Below, in pieces: positions 10,232-18,171 of a stretch of DNA of 64,000 nucleotides; position 1 is the first letter of the stretch, and every line of letters starts with the position of its first letter. Origin of the DNA: Candidatus Nomurabacteria bacterium (GTDB lineage: Bacteria; Patescibacteriota; Minisyncoccia; Phycocordibacterales; UBA9973). The stretch lies in the NCBI GenBank assembly GCA_943354905.1, contig CALRDL010000002.1, positions 6,478 through 70,477 on the forward strand, written 5' to 3'. The translations under genes and the position numbers were made by a program. The notes below the pieces were generated by a model. The model ran no database searches. It saw nothing but the letters and a program-made list of their open reading frames with translations, and was not told the origin of the DNA.

Positions 10232-10873
10232 TTGGAAATAAATTTTATGGAAAACCTAACAAATCTTTTTAAAATAATGCAGTTGACTCGTTCGATGCCT
10301 CAATACGGCTACGTAGTGGCAGGGATTAAGCAGAATGATTTAAGTAATTTGGCTGAGCATCATTATCTGGTGACATTCATTGCCTGGCAAATAGCTCTAT
10401 CTCTGAAAGAAAAAGGAGCGAATTTAGATATATTGAAAGTTTTAGAAATATCAATGGTGCATGATGTTGGGGAATTATTTGGTGGAGATGTCTCTTTTCA
10501 TTACGGCCGAGCACATAAAGTTGCAAGACAGAAAGCTAAGGAATTTGAAAAAGAAAATGTTCTATTTTTGAGTAGATTTTTTAATAAGCCAGAAAAGTTT
10601 TTGGAATTAAATTCTTTAGAGCGTGAAGAAGTAACTTCCGATGAAGCTATCATATCACGTTTTGCTGATCTCATAGAATGCATCTATTACAAAATGACTT
10701 TAGATAAAGTTACTCCAAAGGATATCGAGGAGACGGTGGAAGCTTTAAAGGCTAGAGCACTAGAAGCAAAAGATGAAATCACTAAAAAAGAATTATTAAA
10801 TTTTCTGGATGCTTTCTCTGGAGTTCTGGATGGAAAAAGCGTGCAAGATATTATTTGGGATAATAAAGATTAA
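10232..10873 (+). CDS. HD-domain phosphohydrolase (YfbR-like 5'-deoxynucleotidase family)
   Basis: The HD motif context is AEHHYLV...MVHDVGELFGGD, and the size (213 aa) fits. Confidence 0.55.
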   Translation: MEINFMENLTNLFKIMQLTRSMPQYGYVVAGIKQNDLSNLAEHHYLVTFIAWQIALSLKEKGANLDILKVLEISMVHDVGELFGGDVSFHYGRAHKVARQKAKEFEKENVLFLSRFFNKPEKFLELNSLEREEVTSDEAIISRFADLIECIYYKMTLDKVTPKDIEETVEALKARALEAKDEITKKELLNFLDAFSGVLDGKSVQDIIWDNKD

Positions 10874-10877
10874 TTTT

Positions 10878-11416
10878 ATGCAAGAAATTGAAACAAAAGT
10901 TTTGGAGGTTAATGTAGAAGAAATAAAAGTAAAGTTAAAAGACTTAGGGGCAAAAGAGACTCAAGACACTCGCCTTGTTGTTGATTGGTATTGTCCAAAG
11001 GGGATAGCCATACCGAACATCCTTGGTATCTTCGTGTGCGGACCACAACCGACGGCAAGAGTGAGGTGAGTTGGAAATCTTTACCGAAGATAGTAGGCAA
11101 TACTCGACATTCGGATGAAGTGAATATAAATGTTTCTGATGCAGTGATGGCCGGGAAACTTTTAAAAAATATTGGACTTGAAAATTATGCTCATCAAGAG
11201 AAAGATAGAATTTCTTTTACACTCAAGGATTGGAATTTTGACTTAGATCAATATCCGGGCATGCCAGCATATCTCGAGATCGAGGGGACTAGTCACGAAC
11301 ATGTGCAAGAGGCTATAAAAATTTTGAATTTAGAAAATCATACAAGCATCGGTGATGGTGAGAGAGTTTTGATAGAAAAGAAATACGGGCTTGATTGGTA
11401 CAGTATGCGTTTTTAG
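10878..11416 (+). pseudogene. CYTH-domain protein, paralogue 3, interrupted by a frameshift near 10,990-11,010
   Basis: The CYTH N-terminus MQEIETKVLEV... is in one frame (ORF 10809..11069). The continuation ...WYLRVRTTTDGKSEVSWKS...YLEIEG is in another frame (ORF 10985..11416). Confidence 0.5.
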
Positions 11417-11627
11417 ATTAATTTTTTTTGAGATAATTTAGATACAAAAAACTAGTTCTGTCTAGTTGCATATGTTTTAAGGTTTGTTACAATTTTAGTA
11501 GGGTTATTTCTGATTATTACCTAGAACAATAATTTATGGGAGTCTCGATTGGGTTAGACCTTGGTCTCTCGCATCTGACACCCACTTAGCTTTAAGCTAT
11601 GGTAATATTTCTGAAATAGTCCTAAGA

Positions 11628-11655
11628 AGCACCCCCGGTATACGGGGTTTTTTCT
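11628..11655 (+). terminator. Hairpin plus T-tract (cacCCCCGgtataCGGGGtttttt); a terminator or the 3' element of a small RNA or leader
   Basis: A GC stem followed by six T lies 7 bp upstream of the next start codon. Confidence 0.35.
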
Positions 11656-11661
11656 TACAAA

Positions 11662-12105
11662 TTGGGATATAATACTAAAATGGATAGAAAAAAATTATTA
11701 ATTCGAATAGCTTCGCTTATCTTTTTTATTTTTATATTAAATTATTTGGCTGGAAAGTTTTATTGGTATTCGGCTATATGGTATTTTGATATAATCATGC
11801 ATTTCTTGGGTGGTTTATGGGCAGGACTCGCTTCTATTTGGTTTTTTTCTCGCATTAGCGATAGCTTTAGCGATTCTCTCAGCTCTATTTCATTCAATAT
11901 AGTCCTGAAAATTCTTCTAGGTGTTTTAGTTATAGGCATAGCTTGGGAGATTTTTGAATTATATTTTATAAATCACATTGCCAGCAATCCTTTCGATCTT
12001 CTTGATACTATCTCTGACATATTTTTTGATTTATCTGGTGGCCTTTTTGCTATTTTGTATTTCTTTAATCAAATTATGCCAAAGAACAAAAATAAGGTAG
12101 AATAA
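11662..12105 (+). CDS. Small integral membrane protein (hypothetical)
   Basis: Four hydrophobic segments and no recognisable motifs. Confidence 0.3.
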   Translation: MGYNTKMDRKKLLIRIASLIFFIFILNYLAGKFYWYSAIWYFDIIMHFLGGLWAGLASIWFFSRISDSFSDSLSSISFNIVLKILLGVLVIGIAWEIFELYFINHIASNPFDLLDTISDIFFDLSGGLFAILYFFNQIMPKNKNKVE

Positions 12106-12110
12106 AGGTT

Positions 12111-13475
12111 ATGCAGAATAATGTAAAGATAACTTTTTGTGGAGGAACCGGCTCAGTAACTGGAGCCAATTTTTTATTGGAAATAGATGGCAAAAAAATC
12201 TTGATAGATTGTGGACTTACTCAAGGTAACAAGATCGCTGACGATACAAACTGGGATCCTTTTATCTATGATGCGAAAACCATAGATATACTTTTTATAA
12301 CTCATGCTCATATAGATCATTTAGGTAGAGTGCCAAAACTAATCCATGAAGGTTTTGTGGGGAAAATATATTCTACCGTACCTACCAAATCTCTAGCTCT
12401 GCCTATGCTCGAAGATACCGCTGGAATATTATCCAAAAATACTGAACTCAAATTAGACGAAGTATATTCAGCTGAGAATATAAAAACTTCTCTTTCCTTG
12501 TGGCAGGGCTTTGACTATCATGAGAATTTACAAATCACTCCGGAGTTAGAAGTATCATTTTATAATGCTGGGCACATTCTCGGCTCAGCTATGATTTTAT
12601 TTGTATATAAAGGCAAAAAGATTCTTTTCACTGGAGATCTAGGGAATAGCCCTTCTCCACTTTTGCCAGATACTGAAAAAGTTCCTAATGTTGATTATCT
12701 AATCATGGAGTCTGTGTATGGCGACAGGAATCACGAATCTAGAGACGAACGACGCAAGTTTTTAGAAGAAGTTATAGAAGATAATTATAAGCGAAAGGGT
12801 ACTCTGATCATTCCTACATTTTCTCTCGAACGTTCCCAAGAACTTCTCTTTGAATTAAATTCTTTAGTAGAAGGAAATAGAATTCCTGTTATGCCTATCT
12901 TTTTAGATTCACCACTCGCTATCCGCCTAACAGAAGTTTTCAAGAAACACAAAGATTATTTCAACGAACAAGCTCAAAAGGCTATGTCGAGTGATAAATA
13001 TTTATTTAATTTCCCTGGTCTTCGACATACTCTAAAATCAGAAGAGTCAAAAATGATTAGAAGCGTCCCGAATCCCAAGATAGTCATTGCTGGGAGCGGT
13101 ATGTCGACTGGCGGACGAGTGGTCCATCATGAAAGGCATTATTTGCCTGACCCGAACAACACTCTACTTCTTGCGGGGTATCAATCTGTAGGCACTCCAG
13201 GACGCTTGATTCAAGAAGGATTGAAGACCATACGCATCACGGGGGAAGAGGTAGAAGTCAGAGCGCATATTGTAAATATTTTTGGATATTCCGGACACAA
13301 AGATTCCAACGGTCTCTTAAATTTTGTAGAAGATATGCAAGAAACACTCAAAAAAGTTTTTGTAGTGATGGGAGAGCCAAAGAGCTCTATGTTCCTTGTT
13401 CAAAAATTGCGTGACAATCTGGCCATCGATGCTGTCGCTCCGGAGCAAGGGAGTAGTGTGGAATTAGATTTTTAA
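12111..13475 (+). CDS. Beta-CASP MBL-fold ribonuclease (RNase J/CPSF73-like)
   Basis: Metallo-beta-lactamase motif 2 is FITHAHIDHLG. The 454-aa length and the distal beta-CASP-type GHSGH-like region (FGYSGHKD) fit the family. Confidence 0.6.
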   Translation: MQNNVKITFCGGTGSVTGANFLLEIDGKKILIDCGLTQGNKIADDTNWDPFIYDAKTIDILFITHAHIDHLGRVPKLIHEGFVGKIYSTVPTKSLALPMLEDTAGILSKNTELKLDEVYSAENIKTSLSLWQGFDYHENLQITPELEVSFYNAGHILGSAMILFVYKGKKILFTGDLGNSPSPLLPDTEKVPNVDYLIMESVYGDRNHESRDERRKFLEEVIEDNYKRKGTLIIPTFSLERSQELLFELNSLVEGNRIPVMPIFLDSPLAIRLTEVFKKHKDYFNEQAQKAMSSDKYLFNFPGLRHTLKSEESKMIRSVPNPKIVIAGSGMSTGGRVVHHERHYLPDPNNTLLLAGYQSVGTPGRLIQEGLKTIRITGEEVEVRAHIVNIFGYSGHKDSNGLLNFVEDMQETLKKVFVVMGEPKSSMFLVQKLRDNLAIDAVAPEQGSSVELDF

Positions 13476-13498
13476 AAAAATAAATGTATAATTAGATC

Positions 13499-14101
13499 AT
13501 GCTTTCATCTTTAAATTTTGAAAAAAAACACGGACACAATCAAATAAAAATTTGCGTTTCTGGCGCGGCGGAGACTGGGCACTGTGGGATAGATGCGCTT
13601 GAGAAAGCTAAAGAGCTTGGCCGAGAGATAGTTCGTCAAGGCGCGGTCTTAGTTTCTGGCGCGACTACCGGCTTTCCACTTTGGGCTGCTATGGGCGCAA
13701 AAGAAGAGGGAGGTATCTCTATAGGTATTTCTCCAGCAGCTTCCGAGAAAGAACACGTCGAAGTCTACAAACTTCCACTGGATTATATGGATTTAATTAT
13801 CTATACAGGATTCGGGTATCCTGGGCGAGATATTCTCCTTACTAGAAGCTCAGATGCTGTCATATGTGGTTGTGGGCGAGTGGGGACTATACATGAGTTT
13901 ACTGTCGCATTCGAAGATGGTAAACCCATTGGAATATTTGAAGGTCCTTGGGAGATGGGGGATCAACTCAAAGATATAATCGAGAAAGGTCATCGTCCCA
14001 ATGCCAAGATAGTTTCTGGAGATGATCCTAAAAAACTAATAGAAGACATAATCATTTTGGTTAAAAAAGATAAAATATCTGAATATAAGATAGTTACCTA
14101 A
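13499..14101 (+). CDS. TIGR00725/LOG-like Rossmann-fold protein
   Basis: Contains ICVSGAAETG...LVSGATTG...GFPGRDIL..., the pattern seen in LOG/DprA-like SLOG proteins. Confidence 0.45.
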   Translation: MLSSLNFEKKHGHNQIKICVSGAAETGHCGIDALEKAKELGREIVRQGAVLVSGATTGFPLWAAMGAKEEGGISIGISPAASEKEHVEVYKLPLDYMDLIIYTGFGYPGRDILLTRSSDAVICGCGRVGTIHEFTVAFEDGKPIGIFEGPWEMGDQLKDIIEKGHRPNAKIVSGDDPKKLIEDIIILVKKDKISEYKIVT

Positions 14102-14129
14102 AAAGGCAGAAAATAATTTTTAGTTTTAA

Positions 14130-14474
14130 TTACTTTACTGTTTCTAAAACTTTAGCAAAAGTTTTTGGATTATTCTCGGCTAGGTCAGCCAAGATTTTGC
14201 GATCTAGCATTATGTTTTTCTTTTTGAGTGCGTCTATGAATTTTGAATAAGACATACCGAGCTCACGAGTGCCTGCGTTTATCTTGATATTCCACAATGT
14301 TCGGTTATCAGATTTTTTATCTTTTCGATGAGCAAAAGAATAATTCCCCGCGTGCAAGAGCGCGTCTTTTGCTTGTCTTTCTTTTGTGCTTCGTCCATGT
14401 CTAAAACCTTTCGTCTGTTTCAAGACACTTCTTCGTCTTTTCAATGCGTGTACTCCTTTTTTTACTCTGGTCAT
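14130..14474 (-). CDS. rplT: 50S ribosomal protein L20
   Basis: Contains RVKKGVHALKRRRSVLKQTKGFRHGRS...NRTLWNIKINA, the canonical L20 sequence. Confidence 0.9.
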   Translation of the reverse strand: MTRVKKGVHALKRRRSVLKQTKGFRHGRSTKERQAKDALLHAGNYSFAHRKDKKSDNRTLWNIKINAGTRELGMSYSKFIDALKKKNIMLDRKILADLAENNPKTFAKVLETVK

Positions 14475-14537
14475 AAATCAATTACGAATTTTCAATTATC
14501 AATTACGAATTTAAATTCGTAATTCGAAATTGTTAAT
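14475..14537 (-). promoter_or_regulatory. Palindrome- and repeat-rich leader between rpmI and rplT (possible L20 autoregulatory or attenuator structure)
   Basis: Contains a perfect 24-bp palindrome AATTACGAATTTAAATTCGTAATT plus CAATTACGAATTT direct repeats. Confidence 0.3.
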
Positions 14538-14735
14538 TTAACTAAATGGTAATAAGTGACTTCTTGGTTTGTTTTTGATTACAAAGTTTTTGCTCTTTCT
14601 GCCAGCGAGCTGGGTTGTTCTGGATTGCTTGGCATTAAAATGGTTGAATCCCGCCTTACGGGAAAGAATCTTGCCATTTTTGGTAAGTTTTAATCTTTTG
14701 CTAAATGACTTATTTGTTTTCATTCCCTTTCCCAT
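14538..14735 (-). CDS. rpmI: 50S ribosomal protein L35
   Basis: A 65-aa basic protein beginning MGKGMKTNKSFSKRLKLTKNGK, which is L35-like. It lies between infC and rplT. Confidence 0.85.
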   Translation of the reverse strand: MGKGMKTNKSFSKRLKLTKNGKILSRKAGFNHFNAKQSRTTQLAGRKSKNFVIKNKPRSHLLPFS

Positions 14736-14748
14736 AAATTTATTTAAA

Positions 14749-15279
14749 TTATCTCTTCTCTATTGTTGTTGTTAAACCCTTCGGACCTTTTTTGTATGCG
14801 TCTGATATTTTATAATCTTCGGTGATCAAATGTAAAATTCTATCCAAGCGTTCTTTTAAAAACTTTTCATCCATATATTTGGCGCGCCCAGCTAGGAAAA
14901 GTTCTACCTTGATTCTGTGTCCTTCCTTGAGCCATTTGGATGCAGTTTTGGCTTTGAGCTCTAGGTCGTGGTCTCCGGTGCCTATCTTGATCTGGATACC
15001 TTTGGTTTCTGTCGCCTTGGCTCCACCTTTTTGTTTCTTTAATTTTTTACTGGCTTCGTATTTATACTTACCGAAATCCATTATTTTTGCGAGTGGGGGA
15101 GTTGCGTTTGGGCTTATTTCTATCAAGTCCAAACCCTGATTTTGAGCCATTTCCAAGGCATCTCTAATACTTAAAACACCGATATTTTTGTTTTCGCTGT
15201 CCAAAACCCGAAGTTCTCCTGCCCGTATTTGGTTGTTTATTCTTTCACGCAATTGATAAATAGAACCAAAACCAGCCAA
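14749..15279 (-). CDS. infC: Translation initiation factor IF-3
   Basis: Contains INNQIRAGELRVLDSENKNIGVLSIRDALEMAQNQGLDLIEISPNATPP and heads the conserved infC-rpmI-rplT operon. Confidence 0.85.
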   Translation of the reverse strand: MAGFGSIYQLRERINNQIRAGELRVLDSENKNIGVLSIRDALEMAQNQGLDLIEISPNATPPLAKIMDFGKYKYEASKKLKKQKGGAKATETKGIQIKIGTGDHDLELKAKTASKWLKEGHRIKVELFLAGRAKYMDEKFLKERLDRILHLITEDYKISDAYKKGPKGLTTTIEKR

Positions 15280-15500
15280 AAGCTAGTGTCGATTAATTAA
15301 AATATAGCTTATTCGGGGTTGAAAGTCAACATATTGTGGACAAGGGGGAAATTTTGTTGAACCGCCTTAAAGATTACCTCATTCGGTTTTGGTCTTTTTA
15401 TCAAAGCAATAAAAACCTACGAAAAGGTCTTGCTGATGCTTGATTTTCTCTCGTTGGACTACTCACAATCAGGGTATTGAAGGATTATCAACAGAAGTGT

Positions 15501-15928
15501 TTATTTGAATAATGCAATCAAGCTAATTATGAGAGCGAGTCCAGATATTATAACTACAATTCTGGTCTCCTTAGCTTGGTCTTTTTTTAGCAGAGCATCA
15601 ATTATAATTTGACGTTCAATAGTTCCATTTGAATTGCCATAACTTCGAATTTTCCACTTAGAGGCTTCGTTCTCAAGAGCACTGTCTGACATCTTATGAT
15701 ATTTATCTGCGTTTGATGTAAAAAATCCCATATCATTTTTCATATAATTTTCTTATTTTGATAATTCCAATAAAGAAACATCAAGAAGATTATTAGTCCA
15801 CTAGTTAAAGAAAAGGCAATAAATTTCTCTCCTCCTGTTAGGTCTTCTCCATTTTTCAGCATGTGAACAAAGCTAATAAGTAATAACCACCAATTACGCC
15901 CAAGAAATTTTCTAAATGATTCTTTCAT
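15501..15928 (-). CDS. Two consecutive small membrane proteins (hypothetical; ORFs 15501..15743 and 15740..15928)
   Basis: Hydrophobic helices only. Confidence 0.2.
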
Positions 15929-15931
15929 AAT

Positions 15932-16453
15932 TTATCCGAATATACCCAGAAACTTTTTTATTTTACCATCTTCGCCAAGATAATTGTAAATAGTTTCGTG
16001 AAATTTTATATGGAATGCTTGCCGTACTTTTTGAAGTTTCTCTTGTATTATCTTATCGCCATGAAAAATCATAGCTCGCATAAACTGAGGGGAAGTGTCG
16101 GGGGGTAATTGACCATTTACTATTCTTTGCTCCATTATTCCTTTTGTTTTGTCCCAATCTTTTATATACACACTATGGGTTTTAGCAAACTGATACTTAT
16201 TCCCACAATTAAATATTAGGTCATCAACTTGAGCATTTTCCATTTCCCTCGTCATTTTAATAAAGCTTTCTAAAGCCAGCTCTTCCTCTTTTGAAAGTCC
16301 AGTATCCATATATTTTTTATTAGAAACTAAATTTTTTGCATTAAAAGAAACAAGAGCTTCTGTAGCCATTGCCTGTAAATACAATACAAGAGGAAGAAAC
16401 TTTTTTGTTTCCGTCCAAAATCTTTCATTTATTTCCTCGCTGAACTTCCACAT
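15932..16453 (-). CDS. Hypothetical protein; possibly the 3' part of a frameshifted gene continuing from ORF 16524..16712
   Basis: Two same-strand ORFs are separated by about 70 bp with no other feature between them. Confidence 0.25.
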   Translation of the reverse strand: MWKFSEEINERFWTETKKFLPLVLYLQAMATEALVSFNAKNLVSNKKYMDTGLSKEEELALESFIKMTREMENAQVDDLIFNCGNKYQFAKTHSVYIKDWDKTKGIMEQRIVNGQLPPDTSPQFMRAMIFHGDKIIQEKLQKVRQAFHIKFHETIYNYLGEDGKIKKFLGIFG

Positions 16454-16803
16454 TAGGTTATTGCTATGATGCTGACTTACTAACTTAAAATTATCCCATA
16501 CCCGTGCTCTTGAATTAGCTTCATCAAAAAATGAAACGTCTTCTTTCTGTAGTTTTAAAGTTCAACTTATCACAGAACTCAAGCATCATATCTTGAATAA
16601 ATTGCCAAGCTTGTCCTTTGAAAGAGCTGACATCAAAATCTTTCATATAGTTTTCAGACATAACAATAAAAGCTAGCTGATAATGGCTATCATGGGAAGC
16701 ACAGAACCCCACGCCAGCTAGGTCTTACGACCCTTTTATAAACGTTAAACCTTATACATTATAACACTAATTAAAAATAATGAAGAAATGAGTCACAGAT
16801 CAT

Positions 16804-17088
16804 TTACTCGTCGACAGATTTAGATAATTTTGTTGGAATATTTTTACTATACAAACTTATCAACTTTTCTTTTTTATCTCTACGCCATTTTTTAATTTGA
16901 ATTTCTCTTTTTCTTGCTTCTGCTAAAGAATGGTGATTTTCTAAAAACACAATTTTAAATTCATCGCAGTTTTTGGTAAAATCTGCACCTTGTTTTGTAT
17001 TATGTTCTTTCAATCTTCGTTCTGGATTATCTGTAATACCTATATATAAATTTCCGTATGAATTTTTAATCATGTATACGAAATACAT
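16804..17088 (-). CDS. GIY-YIG nuclease-family protein
   Basis: YFVYMIKNSYGNLYIGITDNPERRLKEHN is the canonical GIY-(10)-YIG motif followed by R..EH. Confidence 0.7.
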   Translation of the reverse strand: MYFVYMIKNSYGNLYIGITDNPERRLKEHNTKQGADFTKNCDEFKIVFLENHHSLAEARKREIQIKKWRRDKKEKLISLYSKNIPTKLSKSVDE

Positions 17089-17252
17089 ATATAGATTTTA
17101 ACATAAATCGATCCAAAATACGCCCATTCGAGTCCTCGCTTTGCTCGTCCCTCAGGGCACTCGCCTCAAAACAAAAAACATTCTTTGAAGAATGTTTTTT
17201 GTTTTCCGCTGTGGCTTGCCACGAGCGAGTTTTGCCTTAAGCAAAACGAGTC

Positions 17253-17647
17253 GAGTGGAACTGACGAGAATTGAACTCGTGTGCAATAGGTTTTTGTAAA
17301 GAAGTCTACATACATAGCATGCTTTTCTGTTTAAATTAAAATATTCTTAAGCAAGCGAAATATATTTTAATCGAGCTCTAAGTTTTTGTGAAATGCTCGA
17401 GCAAACATTTCCTTATCCCGATAATATTACACCTCTACTCATATATCGGAAGTCTATAAGAGAGACGCCAGCTCAGGCTTACGCGAAAGCTGGAGCGAAA
17501 GCAAAATCATTCATACCGAAGTATGGTGACGCTTTAGCCTTAGAAGTCAATTTTGCAATTAACATTTAGACAAATTTTTACGAGATTATGTCTATGCTCG
17601 ATACGCATCTTTGACAAATAGGCCTACTGTCTATGCCTTGCAGTCCC
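17253..17647 (-). ncRNA. ssrA: Candidate tmRNA (ssrA)
   Basis: On the minus strand the 5' GGGACTG pairs with the 3' CAGTTCC to give a 7-bp acceptor stem with a G3:U70 wobble, the Ala identity element. The T-arm is ACGAG-TTCAATT-CTCGT followed directly by CAGTTCC-A. The gene lies immediately downstream of smpB. An internal ORF ends ...NDFAFAPAFA-TAA, a Mycoplasma-like tag ending. Terminator-like hairpins follow at 17174-17205 and 17228-17248. Confidence 0.55.
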
Positions 17648-17660
17648 AGGTATTTTATTT

Positions 17661-18107
17661 TCAACGTCCTTTGTATTCTCTTCTGATCTCGCGATCCGTG
17701 TCGCGCTTTTTTATGCTCTCGCGCTTATCAAATTTCTTTTTGCCTTTTACTAAAGCAATTTGTATCTTGATTTTCCTACCCTTATTATACACTGAAATAG
17801 GCACTATTGTCAAACTCTTATTTTTCTCACTCCCAACCAATTCTGTATTTTCTTTTTTGGTTAATAAAAGTTTTCTGTTGCGAAGTGGGTCATAATCTTT
17901 CGGCGCATTTTTTACTTGGTATGGAGGAATATTTGAGTTGATTAAAAAGGCTTCTCCTCCTCGCACAATAACAAAAGCTCCCTCGAGAGACATTTGTCCA
18001 CCGCGGACAGACTTTACTTCCGTACCCAAAAGCTCAATACCTGCTTCGTACTTTTCCAAGATTTGATAATCAAATCTAGCTTTTCGGTTTTCTGTGTAAT
18101 TTGCCAT
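17661..18107 (-). CDS. smpB: SsrA-binding protein SmpB
   Basis: Contains NRKARFDYQILEKYEAGIELLGTEVKS...GAFV...Y...LLL, typical of SmpB. Confidence 0.9.
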   Translation of the reverse strand: MANYTENRKARFDYQILEKYEAGIELLGTEVKSVRGGQMSLEGAFVIVRGGEAFLINSNIPPYQVKNAPKDYDPLRNRKLLLTKKENTELVGSEKNKSLTIVPISVYNKGRKIKIQIALVKGKKKFDKRESIKKRDTDREIRREYKGR

Positions 18108-18171
18108 GATTTTAATCTTACCATAGATTCCGTGACTGTTTATTTTAGATTTTTTATGTTAATCTTTATTT

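Noticed and set aside
10809-11069. Upstream start (MLSLEFWMEK...) of ORF 10809-11069 overlapping the HD gene
   Set aside because: The CYTH homology begins at the internal Met (MQEIETKVLEV, ~10878), right after the HD gene stop. The upstream extension overlaps the preceding gene in another frame.
17100-17450. tmRNA on the plus strand
   Set aside because: No GGGG..UUCGAC-like 5' end or tRNA-like 3' end is found in that orientation. The minus-strand model gives the G3:U70 acceptor stem, the T-arm and the tag ORF.
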